Part shown: in pieces, positions 25,150 to 35,450 of the stretch
Layout of the letters: the number at the start of each line of letters is the position of its first letter
How positions within the stretch are numbered: the stretch's first letter is position 1
NCBI GenBank assembly: GCA_018433675.1
Contig: JAHDQS010000001.1
Coordinates: 42,232 to 106,231, forward strand
DNA length: 64,000 bases
Source: Clostridia bacterium
Lineage (GTDB): Bacteria; Bacillota; Peptococcia; DRI-13; SM3-B62
Direction: 5' to 3'
Position numbers and translations under genes: made by a program
The notes under the pieces: generated by a model
Told to the model about the DNA's origin: nothing
Seen by the model: the letters and a program-made list of their open reading frames with translations, nothing else
The model's database searches: none

Positions 25150-26886
25150 CTAAACCCAAATGTATGCCGCTGTTACGACAAACATTACCACCGTCAACAA
25201 AACAGTCAAGCCCACCGGAAAGCGATACTTATCCTCCTGGTACACCGCAGGCGCCGGGCTTTGAGCCTCCGGTTCCACACCGTGCTGGTAAGCCCATTTA
25301 AGCGGATTAGCAAACAGAGGCGTCATCTTATGAAGAGTATCCCAACCCCTTTCGCCGAACCAATCCCTGATAGCACAAACCAATTTGACCGTGGCATCGA
25401 CAAACACCGCAAAGGGCTTCCTGTAAAACCAATCGGTATCAATTGAAATAACATCATGCGTATGCAACTTGGGAAGGAGCACCCAAAACACCACGAACGC
25501 CCCCAACATGAGCTGTAACGTGGAAATTACATGGTCCAAGGTATATGGTGCGTAATCGACCGCAAAGGGCAGTCTTGAATAGAGAAGGTTCGGCAACACT
25601 CCGTAGAGGATACAAAGGAAAGCTCCACCGGCCATGGCTACATACATGTTTTTGGGAATTTCCTTTACTTCAATTCCGTTATCCGGTCCGTAGAACATCA
25701 GATAATTGAGTTTAAAGGCTATCGAAAGAAAAGTACCTATCCCGGCCAAATAAAGGAGAAGCTCTACAGTGGGCATCCCATTGGCAGCAGCAGCATTGAG
25801 TTCCAACGCCTTGCTGACAAATCCGGCTGTAAATGGCACGCCGGAAATGGAAAATGCTCCGATTCCGAAAAACATCGCAACTAAGGGCATTTTACGGTAA
25901 AGCCCCCCCAACTGCGTAAGCTTCCTACGCCCGGTAGCATCAATAACAGCCCCCGCTCCCATAAAAAGAAGCGATTTATATATGATATTGCTAAAAGCAA
26001 GCGCCACGGCCCCGTTGATGGCCATTTCAGTCCCTATCCCGGCACCGGCTACCATAAAGCCGACCTGACTGATGATATGGTAAGAGAGTAAACGCCTGAT
26101 ATCGTTTTCCAACACCGCAAAAATAACGCCATATATGGCCATAATGACACCGACCCATATCAAAAGCTGGCTTCCGGGGAAAAGCCTAATCAAGGCATAT
26201 ACGGCAACTTTGCTCGTATATGAACACATGAAAACGCTCCCGGTTATTGTTGCTTCAGGATAAGCATCGGTCAACCAAGCGTGCAACGGGGGAATAGCCG
26301 CGTTTATTGACACACCCAGTAAAATGAGCCAATAGGCTGTATCCGGAACCGCAGTCGTCAAAGCGGCAACGGTAAAGCTTCCGCCCGATATTTTCAGGAA
26401 GATGCCAGCCAGAAGCAAATTACCACCCATCATGTGCACCAATATATACCTAAACCCGGCGGCAATTGCTCTCGCATCCTTCTTGTTCCAAATCAGGAAA
26501 ACAGATGATATCGCTAATGACTCCCAAAAGAAAATGAGGGTTAGCCAGTCTCCGGCCAAAACAGCCCCGATTGAGCCTCCGGCGTAAAACATCGCTGCGG
26601 CACTTTCCCCCGCATGATTGATATGCAGAGAATAGACGTTGCCCAATAAGGCCATTACGCTAAAGATAAAAGCAAATCCCAATGAGAGCGCATCCGCCTT
26701 TAACCAGACCAATTCCATCCCGTTAATGAAGGGAAGGGTTCGCATCATTCCAGACTCTATGCTTAAGGCCGCCGCGATTGCCAGTAAAGGTGCTACAACC
26801 ATAACCACTTGGCGGGGACGATTCGGCAAAAAACTGACCAATAATCCACCTAAAATCAGAATCAAACCCGGATGAAACTCAATCAT
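25150..26886 (-). CDS. MrpD/NuoL-like proton-conducting antiporter subunit (third paralogue)
   Basis: Polytopic membrane protein with antiporter-like motifs (WLTDAYPEA.., LLSYHIISQVGFM). I chose the start at MIEFHPG (26886) because a GGAGGTG RBS precedes it and it overlaps the upstream stop. Confidence 0.75.
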   Translation of the reverse strand: MIEFHPGLILILGGLLVSFLPNRPRQVVMVVAPLLAIAAALSIESGMMRTLPFINGMELVWLKADALSLGFAFIFSVMALLGNVYSLHINHAGESAAAMFYAGGSIGAVLAGDWLTLIFFWESLAISSVFLIWNKKDARAIAAGFRYILVHMMGGNLLLAGIFLKISGGSFTVAALTTAVPDTAYWLILLGVSINAAIPPLHAWLTDAYPEATITGSVFMCSYTSKVAVYALIRLFPGSQLLIWVGVIMAIYGVIFAVLENDIRRLLSYHIISQVGFMVAGAGIGTEMAINGAVALAFSNIIYKSLLFMGAGAVIDATGRRKLTQLGGLYRKMPLVAMFFGIGAFSISGVPFTAGFVSKALELNAAAANGMPTVELLLYLAGIGTFLSIAFKLNYLMFYGPDNGIEVKEIPKNMYVAMAGGAFLCILYGVLPNLLYSRLPFAVDYAPYTLDHVISTLQLMLGAFVVFWVLLPKLHTHDVISIDTDWFYRKPFAVFVDATVKLVCAIRDWFGERGWDTLHKMTPLFANPLKWAYQHGVEPEAQSPAPAVYQEDKYRFPVGLTVLLTVVMFVVTAAYIWV

Positions 26887-27121
26887 TGCCGTTCTCACCT
26901 CCGCCATAATAATCCTCGTCCCTCTCAACAAGAGATCTTACAGGTATCTTTGCGACCAAGATGAGAACAAGACAGCCGATAAAGCCAAAAAATGCATCAA
27001 AACTAAGAAAGGTATGGTACCAATAGTGTCCGTGCGGATGGACAAATAACGCCTCCAGGAGGACAGAAAGCACAATTATTACGACACTGACAATTAAGAC
27101 CCTCTTGTTTTTTTCTGTCAT
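26879..27121 (-). CDS. Small two-TM membrane protein of unknown function inside the mrp cluster (about 80 aa)
   Basis: Two hydrophobic helices and an HPHGHYWYH segment. The ATG lies 1 nt after the upstream stop and is preceded by GGAGGTGGA. Confidence 0.5.
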   Translation of the reverse strand: MTEKNKRVLIVSVVIIVLSVLLEALFVHPHGHYWYHTFLSFDAFFGFIGCLVLILVAKIPVRSLVERDEDYYGGGENGND

Positions 27122-27122
27122 A

Positions 27123-28667
27123 TTACCATCCACCTCCTATAACTTGTCCTTCAACCATGCTTTGAACTGCCATAGCTGCCAAATCATATAAATGTGCGCC
27201 GGCGTTAGGATAGACGCCTAACACTATTGACACAGCCGCTGTTATTAAAAGCGGAATCAGCATACCCTTATTTGCTTCTCCATGTTCTTTAGGCCCGCTA
27301 TGTTCTTCTGGGAAAGACCCCTCATGCTGTGAAGAAACCGGCTTCTTAAAAAACGCCTTATATACTATCGGCAACAGATACGCGGAACTCAGCATCGCAC
27401 TAATAATCAGAGCCGCCACATAGATTGGTTTTCCTGCTGCCAGAGCACCTAAAGCTAAATTCCATTTACCTATAAACCCGGCTATAAAAGGCATTCCCAC
27501 TATACCAAGCGAGCCCACGGCAAAGGCCCCCATGGTAAAGGGCATTTTTCGCCCTATCCCGTCAAGCTCGCTGACATTATCAAGGTGGGCCGTGGCATGA
27601 AGTGCCCCGGCACAGAAGAACAGCGTAATCTTCATACAAGCATGAGCAACTATCTGAAACATTCCTCCCAATAAACCCAGTGGCGTTAAGAGGGCTGCTC
27701 CCAAAACCACATAAGACAACTGTCCAATCGTTGAAAAAGCCAGCCTTCTTTTTAGATTATCCTGATTCATGGCAATTATCGAGGAACAGACTATTGTAAA
27801 ACCTGCTACAGCGGCAAGGACCGAAGCAACACCCAGTTCGTTCAACAACTGCGGTCCGAACACAAATCCGATAACCCTAATTACACCGAAAGCCCCTGCC
27901 TTGACAACCGCAACCGCGTGCAACAGTGCACTAACCGGCGTCGGCGCAATCATAGCGGTAGGTAGCCAGCCGTGCAACGGCATAACACCCGCTTTAACCA
28001 CAGTTCCCAGTATCATTAACACGAAAATCACTTTTAGAGCCGTATCGGAAGCCGCCACGCCGGCAAGAAAACCTCCCGCTTGAAAATCACCCGTACCGGC
28101 AAGAACGTACGTCCACACAATACCAACCAGAAACAATTGCCCGGCAATAAGGGTATAGGCCAAATATTTTCTGCCCGCATTAACCGCTTCGTCACTGCGC
28201 TTGTGGATAACCAAAGGATAGGTAGCAATTGTCAAGATTTCGTAAAACACAAAGAAGGTCAAAAGGTTTGCCGCAAAAGCAATCCCCATCGTCGCCGAGA
28301 GGCAAACAGCAAAGCTGGCAAAATATCCTGTCTGGTGTTTTTCCTCCAACTTGCGCACGTATCCTATTGAATAGAAGGAGGTCAATATCCACAAAAACGA
28401 GGCCAATACCGCAAACACCATTCCTGTAGGATCCGCCTGTAAATGCAATGTTATGCCTTTGGCTATCTGAATTGGCTCGATCTCCAGGACTTTACCCGCA
28501 AGAACCGCAGGAATCATAGAAAAAACAATGATCGCCTTTCCGAAAGCAGCCATAATAGTCCAAGCTTCCCGCAGATTAGGCCTTCTGCCATGCAGCATTA
28601 TCAGACCCGCGGCAATTAGAGATATCAGCACTGCCCATAAGGGCCGGTAATCCACAACATACTCCAT
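27123..28667 (-). CDS. mrpD: MrpD/NuoM-N-like antiporter subunit (second paralogue)
   Basis: HGWLPTAMIAPTPVSALLHA and SQLSYVVLG motifs of the NuoL/M/N-MrpA/D family. Confidence 0.8.
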   Translation of the reverse strand: MEYVVDYRPLWAVLISLIAAGLIMLHGRRPNLREAWTIMAAFGKAIIVFSMIPAVLAGKVLEIEPIQIAKGITLHLQADPTGMVFAVLASFLWILTSFYSIGYVRKLEEKHQTGYFASFAVCLSATMGIAFAANLLTFFVFYEILTIATYPLVIHKRSDEAVNAGRKYLAYTLIAGQLFLVGIVWTYVLAGTGDFQAGGFLAGVAASDTALKVIFVLMILGTVVKAGVMPLHGWLPTAMIAPTPVSALLHAVAVVKAGAFGVIRVIGFVFGPQLLNELGVASVLAAVAGFTIVCSSIIAMNQDNLKRRLAFSTIGQLSYVVLGAALLTPLGLLGGMFQIVAHACMKITLFFCAGALHATAHLDNVSELDGIGRKMPFTMGAFAVGSLGIVGMPFIAGFIGKWNLALGALAAGKPIYVAALIISAMLSSAYLLPIVYKAFFKKPVSSQHEGSFPEEHSGPKEHGEANKGMLIPLLITAAVSIVLGVYPNAGAHLYDLAAMAVQSMVEGQVIGGGW

Positions 28668-28669
28668 AA

Positions 28670-30160
28670 TTAAAACCCACCCCCCGGCAGCGCATATTGC
28701 AAAATATTGGTTACGATTTGTTCATTAAAAACGCCAAACACGACAATACTTACACCTAATACCAAAATCGGGAGAAGCATCGTCAAAGGAAGTTCCGCAC
28801 TGATTTTCCATGCAGATTTCCCTGTATCTTCGGGTTTTTTACTCCTTCTCATGTAGACCTGTTCTATGACACGGAAAAAGTATACCGCGTTGAGAAGACT
28901 GCTTACTGCTATTACCACAACGAAAACCCACATGCCCTTATCTATCGCTCCCAAGGCTAAATACCACTTACTGAAGAATCCTGCCGTCGGTGGGATACCA
29001 ACCATTGAAAGGGCCGCTATCATAAAAGTGCCCATGGTCAACGGCATCTTTTCGTACAATTCGGCATATTTTTCAATCCCATGTTCACCCGTTTTATATT
29101 TCACACCGCCGGCAACAAGAAAGAGGCAGCTCTTCATAATGGCATGGTTCAAAATGTGTAGCATAGCACCAATCAGCCCGTAGACATTACCTATCGCAAG
29201 TCCCAGCGTAACATAGCTGACTTGAGCAACACTGGAGTAGGCCAGCATACGCCTGAAATCCGACTGAGCTATAGCCATTACAGAGCCGAGTATTATGCCA
29301 AGGCACGCTGCAACCCCCAATACCTGCAAAGCCCCCGGTATAGGACCATTCATAGCTCCAATGATATAAAAGAAAAACCTAAAGAGGACATAAGCGGAGA
29401 CCTTAGTCATTACTCCCGAAATAAAAGCTGCCGCAGGTGGCGGTGCGTACGTATAGGAATCGGGCAGCCAGCCATGTAACGGAAACATAGCCATTTTAAT
29501 ACCCATCCCCAACATAATCATCACTACAGCAATGAGAACCGCCTGCGAATCTGCGATTAACAGTATTTTCTGTGCCAAATCGGCCATATTGAGCGAACCG
29601 GTAACCGAATAGAGATAACCAATTCCCAACAGGTACAACGATGCTCCGACAGTACCAATAAGCAAATACCTGAAAGCCGCCGCTACCGCCTTATAACCGC
29701 CTGCGGCTATTAATCCGTACGCCGATAACGAAGAAATTTCAAGAAAAACATAGAGATTGAAAACGTCGCCCGTTACCACCATACCCATCAAACCCGTTGC
29801 AAGTAAGAGGTATAGAGCATGAAACGTGCCTATCCTAAGCCCATTTTCCTCTTTAAGATATGGCCCGGAATACACCAATACCAAAAACCCGATTATCGCA
29901 ATTAAGACTGCCATTCCGCCGCCCAAGGGATCAACAACGTATTCAATTCCCCAAGGAGGTTCCCATCCTCCAAAGCTATAATGCCAAGTCCCTTCCGCCA
30001 ATACGCGAATCAACGTGCCGATTGCACAGCATGCCGCTGCAAACATGGCCGCAAGCGCCGTCCAGCGCACTATACGCCCTGAGATATAAGAAAGAAAAGG
30101 ACTTGCCAGAGCTGTTAATAGGAGAATCAGAATTAACAGTGCCGGGAGTTGTTCCATCAT
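28670..30160 (-). CDS. mrpD: MrpD/NuoN-like antiporter subunit (first paralogue)
   Basis: HGWLPDSYTYAPPPAAAFISG and AYSSVAQVSYV motifs. It overlaps mrpC by 1 nt. Confidence 0.8.
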   Translation of the reverse strand: MMEQLPALLILILLLTALASPFLSYISGRIVRWTALAAMFAAACCAIGTLIRVLAEGTWHYSFGGWEPPWGIEYVVDPLGGGMAVLIAIIGFLVLVYSGPYLKEENGLRIGTFHALYLLLATGLMGMVVTGDVFNLYVFLEISSLSAYGLIAAGGYKAVAAAFRYLLIGTVGASLYLLGIGYLYSVTGSLNMADLAQKILLIADSQAVLIAVVMIMLGMGIKMAMFPLHGWLPDSYTYAPPPAAAFISGVMTKVSAYVLFRFFFYIIGAMNGPIPGALQVLGVAACLGIILGSVMAIAQSDFRRMLAYSSVAQVSYVTLGLAIGNVYGLIGAMLHILNHAIMKSCLFLVAGGVKYKTGEHGIEKYAELYEKMPLTMGTFMIAALSMVGIPPTAGFFSKWYLALGAIDKGMWVFVVVIAVSSLLNAVYFFRVIEQVYMRRSKKPEDTGKSAWKISAELPLTMLLPILVLGVSIVVFGVFNEQIVTNILQYALPGGGF

Positions 30161-30525
30161 TAATTCATCCTCCGTAACAATTCATCTTCTTCGAGTACCC
30201 CATACTTCTTCTGTAATAGTAACAAGAGTGCCAACGCCACACCTGTTGTACTAAGGCTCACAACAATAGCAGTAAGCATAAGGGCATGAGGCAAAGGATT
30301 GATATAATTGGCCGCACCAGTCAGTCCATGAATCTCAATCGGTAATGTTGCCCCCTCCTTCTGTCCAAGAACCAGGAAAAAGATTATTACGGCCACCTGC
30401 ATGATATTCATTGCCATAAGCTTCTTTACAAGGTTTTTCTGGAGGATTATACCAAAAGGCCCCAACATAAACAAAATAATAATAAGCCAATAGACAAGAT
30501 GGCTTGCTAATAGTTCCTTAATCAT
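30160..30525 (-). CDS. mrpC: MrpC/NuoK-like subunit
   Basis: 121-aa three-TM protein containing MAMNIMQVAVIIFFL and ALMLTAIVVSLSTTGVALALL. Confidence 0.75.
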   Translation of the reverse strand: MIKELLASHLVYWLIIILFMLGPFGIILQKNLVKKLMAMNIMQVAVIIFFLVLGQKEGATLPIEIHGLTGAANYINPLPHALMLTAIVVSLSTTGVALALLLLLQKKYGVLEEDELLRRMN

Positions 30526-30956
30526 AATAAATCTTCCCTTCCGGTAAGAGCATTAAAAATAGCAACAATTGTAGCCATGACACAGATAGTAACGCCTATC
30601 TCTATACCAAGTATCCCTAAAACATGCCTTTCTACAACATCTTGCATCAGAGGCAGCATACCATATTGAAGCATATTTCCTCCTGATAGGATACAGAATA
30701 GGCCGATTAGACCATAAAACAATGCTCCTCCTCCGGCCACAGCAACCGCCCAGGTACCGGGTATTTTTAAAAAGGCCTTATCTCCATGTACCAAATGTTC
30801 CAGTACTATTGCTATTCCAAAAAGCGCCCCTGCTTGGAACCCACCACCGGGACTATCTTCTCCATGGATAAGGACATAAACCGCATAGACCAAAATAAAC
30901 GGAACAAGATATCTAAAGGCCGTATCCAGCACTACACTGCCAAAGCGTCTGTTCAT
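30522..30956 (-). CDS. mrpB: MrpB/MbhF-like subunit
   Basis: 144-aa membrane protein with SPGGGFQAGA, characteristic of the MnhB domain. Confidence 0.7.
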   Translation of the reverse strand: MNRRFGSVVLDTAFRYLVPFILVYAVYVLIHGEDSPGGGFQAGALFGIAIVLEHLVHGDKAFLKIPGTWAVAVAGGGALFYGLIGLFCILSGGNMLQYGMLPLMQDVVERHVLGILGIEIGVTICVMATIVAIFNALTGREDLL

Positions 30957-31267
30957 TCTCCGTCCACCCCGCTATCGTCACCATTTTTTCTACCGGTACG
31001 AAGAAGCAAGACGGCAGCCACTCCAGCGGTAAAAATTACTGTCGTCTCTCCCAAAGTATCATATCCCCTGTAGTCGGCCAGCACCGCGGTCACAAAATTG
31101 GGCGAGCCCGTCTCCCTATGGCTTTCTTCAATGTAACGGGGCGATACATTAACGGCTGCCGGCGAATTCTTATCAAACAGCACAGGAAGTCCACCGGCTG
31201 TAGCAAAAAGCACGACAACCATTAGTCCCAAACTCAAATATGAAAAAAGCTTCATCACTTCGAACAC
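30953..31267 (-). CDS. MbhE-like small subunit (MnhB-domain fragment)
   Basis: NFVTAVLADYRGYDTLGETTVIFTAGVAA motif. Confidence 0.65.
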   Translation of the reverse strand: MFEVMKLFSYLSLGLMVVVLFATAGGLPVLFDKNSPAAVNVSPRYIEESHRETGSPNFVTAVLADYRGYDTLGETTVIFTAGVAAVLLLRTGRKNGDDSGVDGE

Positions 31268-31500
31268 CTCCTACGCAAGCCGTTCAACGCTATGATAAAG
31301 AATGTCGTTGAAACCACGCCTACCACTGCCTCAGTAAAAGCCACATCCGGAGCTCCTAATGTTAAATAAATCAAAACCGCAAAAAAACTAAAGGCACTGA
31401 ACAAGATTATTGCCGCCAACAGGTCGTCAACCAATAAAGCCGCAACACCTGTAATTACCATCAAAATTAATATCCCCGTTTGCAAATACAACTGTATCAA
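31255..31500 (-). CDS. MbhD-like/DUF4040 small subunit
   Basis: 81-aa three-TM protein containing LGAPDVAFTEAVVG. Confidence 0.6.
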   Translation of the reverse strand: MIQLYLQTGILILMVITGVAALLVDDLLAAIILFSAFSFFAVLIYLTLGAPDVAFTEAVVGVVSTTFFIIALNGLRRRCSK

Positions 31501-31502
31501 AT

Positions 31503-31814
31503 CTATTCCCCCCCCCTAGTCCATGGCTTTAAGCCGCACCTGTAGGCTGCTCGGCAAATGGCATGAGTACCAATGGGGTTAGCCAGAAAAATAAAAACCA
31601 CAATAAACAATAGCTTTACACTAGTAAATGTAAATCCATCCTCAATGGCAAGATAAAAGATCAAGCCAATAATAGACAAAGCAACACCGAGCGTGTCCCC
31701 TTTACCGGAGGCATGCATGCGGGTATAAAAATCGGGGAAGCGGATTACGCCCAGGGCTGCAACAAAAGTGAAAAAGAATCCGCCTAGAAGGAACAGTAGA
31801 GCGAGATACTTCAT
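31503..31814 (-). CDS. mrpG: MrpG subunit
   Basis: LGVIRFPDFYTRMHASGKGDTLG is the MnhG signature. Confidence 0.8.
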   Translation of the reverse strand: MKYLALLFLLGGFFFTFVAALGVIRFPDFYTRMHASGKGDTLGVALSIIGLIFYLAIEDGFTFTSVKLLFIVVFIFLANPIGTHAICRAAYRCGLKPWTRGGE

Positions 31815-32089
31815 ACGTCAGCATCTCCTTTCCCCTCGAGGTATTTCGCAAATATTACCATACTGATAAACCCTAAGATGGAGTAAGCAATGGCCACATC
31901 TACAAACATATCGACTCGTCCGCTAAGGACACCGAGCAAAACTAACAGTAAAATCGCATCCGTCCCGATAACCGCAAGTCCGTTCAAACGGTCAAACACT
32001 GTAGGTCCGTGCAGCACCCTATAAAGCATTAAAACAGCAATTACCGCTAAGCCGATAATAAGAGCCATAAAAACATAAGTGAAATCCAT
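31811..32089 (-). CDS. mrpF: MrpF subunit
   Basis: 92-aa three-TM protein with LHGPTVFDRLNGL, typical of MrpF. Confidence 0.7.
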   Translation of the reverse strand: MDFTYVFMALIIGLAVIAVLMLYRVLHGPTVFDRLNGLAVIGTDAILLLVLLGVLSGRVDMFVDVAIAYSILGFISMVIFAKYLEGKGDADV

Positions 32090-32092
32090 TTG

Positions 32093-32677
32093 CTAATCAC
32101 CCCTTCCCTCGACCTCATTCTCCTGAAAAAGGCGGGCTACCTTTTCAGGCATTATACCTTCTCCTTCGTCCGGAGTCAGCGCCTTTTCCGCATCCTCGTC
32201 AAGCGCATGGACAATATAAACATTATCCTGTAAATCAACTGTAATCGTACCTGGTGTCAATGTTATCGAATTTGCCAGAAATACGTGGGCAATAGGGCTG
32301 TCCATTTTCTTCTTAAACGCGAAAACTTTAGGTTCAATCGGCATTTTCGGATTGAGTACTATCAGCGCAACATGAACATTGGCCTTAACAACCTCCCATA
32401 TAAGCCAAGGCACATACGCCAAAAGCCTTCGAATAGGAATATCGAAGGCTAGATAATATTCATCCTTATTTTCCCCCGACGGCAAACGCAATAAAGAAAG
32501 TGTCACCCAAACAACAACCAGAGAAGTAACCGCTCCAATAGTTAAATGTTTAACATCCAGTTTGCCGGAAAGAGTTGTCCAAAAAAGAAATAAAATCAAA
32601 AATAAAGTGCTAAAATGTTTGAAATAAGAATACCGTTTGGTTTTTGTTTTACCAGCAGAAGTTGTATTCATAACCAT
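32093..32677 (-). CDS. mrpE: MrpE subunit
   Basis: First gene of the cluster. It has TM helices followed by VVKANVHVALIVLNP..ITLTPGT, typical of MnhE. Confidence 0.7.
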   Translation of the reverse strand: MVMNTTSAGKTKTKRYSYFKHFSTLFLILFLFWTTLSGKLDVKHLTIGAVTSLVVVWVTLSLLRLPSGENKDEYYLAFDIPIRRLLAYVPWLIWEVVKANVHVALIVLNPKMPIEPKVFAFKKKMDSPIAHVFLANSITLTPGTITVDLQDNVYIVHALDEDAEKALTPDEGEGIMPEKVARLFQENEVEGRGD

Positions 32678-32929
32678 ACCACCTATTTACTTTGGAGTAT
32701 AATTATTCCCTATATCCCTCCGTCTCTACATTAATGATTGCCTTACCGTCTTATCCGAAAGCATACTCATTCCCCTCAAACACTCATAAAAACCCGCCTG
32801 GACACATGTCCCTCTTCACAACAGTTATATTCTATCATACTTTAAATGTTTTTTTCTATGCTAATTGATATTTTACCACATATTTAGCACATATTTTTCT
32901 GCATCTATTTTTACGATATGAACTTTCAA

Positions 32930-33679
32930 TCAATGCATGGCGTATCCACCGTCCACAGTTATTACCGCACCTGTAATAAACTGAGCACTTTCTGAAGCAA
33001 GAAAAGCCACCAACTCCCCCAATTTTTCCGGATCACCACAAGCCTTGAGTGGTAACTGAGTTTTAATCAGCTCAATTTTTTCAGTGGGCGTACCACCTGT
33101 TAAAGGGGTTAAATGTAATCCCGGAGCAACGGCATTAACATTTATGCCGTACTCCCCCACCTCCCGCGCCAACGCTTTGGTTAAACCCAATACACCGGCC
33201 TTGGCTGTAGCATATGCGCCCTTCCCTAATAAACCTCCGCCCCGCAACCCGGCAACGGAGGAAACATTAATGATTTTTCCGCTCCTTTGTTTAATCATCT
33301 GTTCCAGCACCATTTTACAACAATAAAACATACTGTTTAAATTTAAGTTTATTTGCTTGTTCCACGTTATTTCATCCAACTCTCTGAAGCCAAGCAAAAA
33401 CTCCTTCCCGCCGCCGGCACAATTAACCAAGACATCAATTCGCCCACGATCACTGACGATTCTCTTTCCGGCTTCTTGTACCTTCTCATAGTCTGTCACA
33501 TCAACTTCATACGTTAAAACCTTCTGCGAGTGCAACTCGCTTTTGATTTGCCGCAGTCCCTCCATATTTATATCTAGTAGTGCGAGTTCAGCTTTATTTG
33601 TGGCAAATACCTTAGTGATTGCTCTTCCCAAGCCGCTTGCGGCCCCCGTAATAACAACACTTTTCCCACAAAAATCCAT
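32930..33679 (-). CDS. Short-chain dehydrogenase/reductase (FabG-like)
   Basis: TGAASGLG cofactor motif and the YATAK (YxxxK) catalytic motif. I prefer the ATG at 33679 over the GTG at 33694. Confidence 0.85.
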   Translation of the reverse strand: MDFCGKSVVITGAASGLGRAITKVFATNKAELALLDINMEGLRQIKSELHSQKVLTYEVDVTDYEKVQEAGKRIVSDRGRIDVLVNCAGGGKEFLLGFRELDEITWNKQINLNLNSMFYCCKMVLEQMIKQRSGKIINVSSVAGLRGGGLLGKGAYATAKAGVLGLTKALAREVGEYGINVNAVAPGLHLTPLTGGTPTEKIELIKTQLPLKACGDPEKLGELVAFLASESAQFITGAVITVDGGYAMH

Positions 33680-33706
33680 AAATTTATCCCTCACCCCTTA
33701 AGTATC

Positions 33707-35383
33707 CTAGCGTGCACCCATCACGTACTGAGCAATATTGACCGAATGATCCCCAATACGCTCCAAATTGCTCAGAATGTCTATATAGATGGCTCCGGCA
33801 TCACCACTGCAAGTACCTGCATTTAGCCTGTCAATGTGGCCTCTGCGGAAATCTCTCTCCATTTCGTCAATACTATCATCGTTTTCAACAACCTTTTGCG
33901 CCAGCTTCAAGTCCCTCTTTTCCAAACTCTCCAGGGCCCACTGGTAAGTTTCCATAGTCTTGTCAATCATTTTCCTCATATCGGCCATGGCCTCAATGGA
34001 AAAACGAACCCCACGTTCTTTCCTGGCATGAGTCAATTCAACAATATTCTCAACGTGGTCCCCGACCCTTTCTATATCATTTACCGCCTGAATGTACATA
34101 TAGGCATAGTTTGACTCTTCTATCGACAACTGCTTCTCCGATAATTTTACTATATAATCTGTAATCCTATTCTGCAAATTATCAACTACCTCTTCCAAAC
34201 TATCCGTTTGTTCTGCCTCATTTTCCAGACCTGTGAAGAAATAGGTAATGGCATGCTCAAAAGATTGTCTGGCCACGTCACCCATCCTCAGGACCTCTCT
34301 ACCGGCTTGACCCAAAGCAACCGAGGGATTGTCCAAGAATCTCGGTTCCAAGTACTTTGGTTCAAATTCAACAATGATATCCTCTCCTGTGATAATCTTA
34401 CTCACAATGGCTGTTAATACTGCTACAAAGGGTAACTGTATCAATGCATTGCTGATATTGAAGACACCGTGGGTCTGCGCCAGCTGCATTTTTATGTTTA
34501 ACGTCTGCCAGGTTCCTTCAGCACCAGGCAACAGTACGTATATATAGTCTGTAAATAATCGCACTATCTCCGGAAAAATTCCTAAAACAAAAAGCGGCAA
34601 AAAGATAAGAGTTCCCAGTAAATTGAATATACAATGGGATAAGGCTGTCCTTTTTGCCGCCACTGATGTCCCGATTGAAGCCAGCAGGGCAGTAATGGTC
34701 GTTCCGATGTTATCGCCAAACAAGATAGGCACGGCCTGAGTGTATGTAATAGCTCCCTGGTAAGCAAGTTCCTGCAAAACACCGATAGTTGCACTACTGC
34801 TTTGTACTATCCCGGTAAAAGCCGTTCCAACCAGTACCCCCATCAAGGCATGGGACTCAATCCCTGTCATGGCGTTAACGAAGAATGGCATGTTCCGCAA
34901 GGGCTTCAACCCACTTCCCATGGTCTGCATTCCATGAAAAAGCATCCCAAAACCGAATAAAACCTTACCGAATGTACTGACTTTTTTATTCTTGCTAAAC
35001 AGCATCAGCAGAGCACCCGTCGCCAGTATTGGCAAAGCATAATATTCCAATTTAAATCCAATCAAATAAGCGGTGATGGTTGTCCCTATATTGGCTCCCA
35101 TGACAATACCGACCGCCTGTCGCAGTGTAAGCAGCCCTGAGTTTACCAGACCAACGGTTAATACGGTAGTTCCCGAGCTGCTCTGGATTAACGCCGTTAC
35201 CAGCATTCCGGTAATAACTCCCCTCAGCGGTGTTCTTGTACCTTTTTCCAGCAACGCTCGTAATTTATCACCTGCCAAGCCTTTTAAACCGTCTGACATC
35301 TGCCTTATCCCAAACAAGAAAAATGCCAATCCGCCTGAAAAGTAAAAAATGATTTGTTGAGCCGTTATTTCCATGATTGCCAT
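33707..35383 (-). CDS. Na/Pi cotransporter-family protein with a C-terminal PhoU-like domain pair
   Basis: Duplicated QSSSGTT / QSSSATIG transport repeats. The C-terminal half carries two ERVGDH / ERIGDH PhoU-type repeats. Confidence 0.85.
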   Translation of the reverse strand: MAIMEITAQQIIFYFSGGLAFFLFGIRQMSDGLKGLAGDKLRALLEKGTRTPLRGVITGMLVTALIQSSSGTTVLTVGLVNSGLLTLRQAVGIVMGANIGTTITAYLIGFKLEYYALPILATGALLMLFSKNKKVSTFGKVLFGFGMLFHGMQTMGSGLKPLRNMPFFVNAMTGIESHALMGVLVGTAFTGIVQSSSATIGVLQELAYQGAITYTQAVPILFGDNIGTTITALLASIGTSVAAKRTALSHCIFNLLGTLIFLPLFVLGIFPEIVRLFTDYIYVLLPGAEGTWQTLNIKMQLAQTHGVFNISNALIQLPFVAVLTAIVSKIITGEDIIVEFEPKYLEPRFLDNPSVALGQAGREVLRMGDVARQSFEHAITYFFTGLENEAEQTDSLEEVVDNLQNRITDYIVKLSEKQLSIEESNYAYMYIQAVNDIERVGDHVENIVELTHARKERGVRFSIEAMADMRKMIDKTMETYQWALESLEKRDLKLAQKVVENDDSIDEMERDFRRGHIDRLNAGTCSGDAGAIYIDILSNLERIGDHSVNIAQYVMGAR

Positions 35384-35450
35384 TTCCTTTCATTATGCCT
35401 GTGCTTTATGTTTGTACCTACGCTGATATACTACTCTTTTTTCAATAAAT

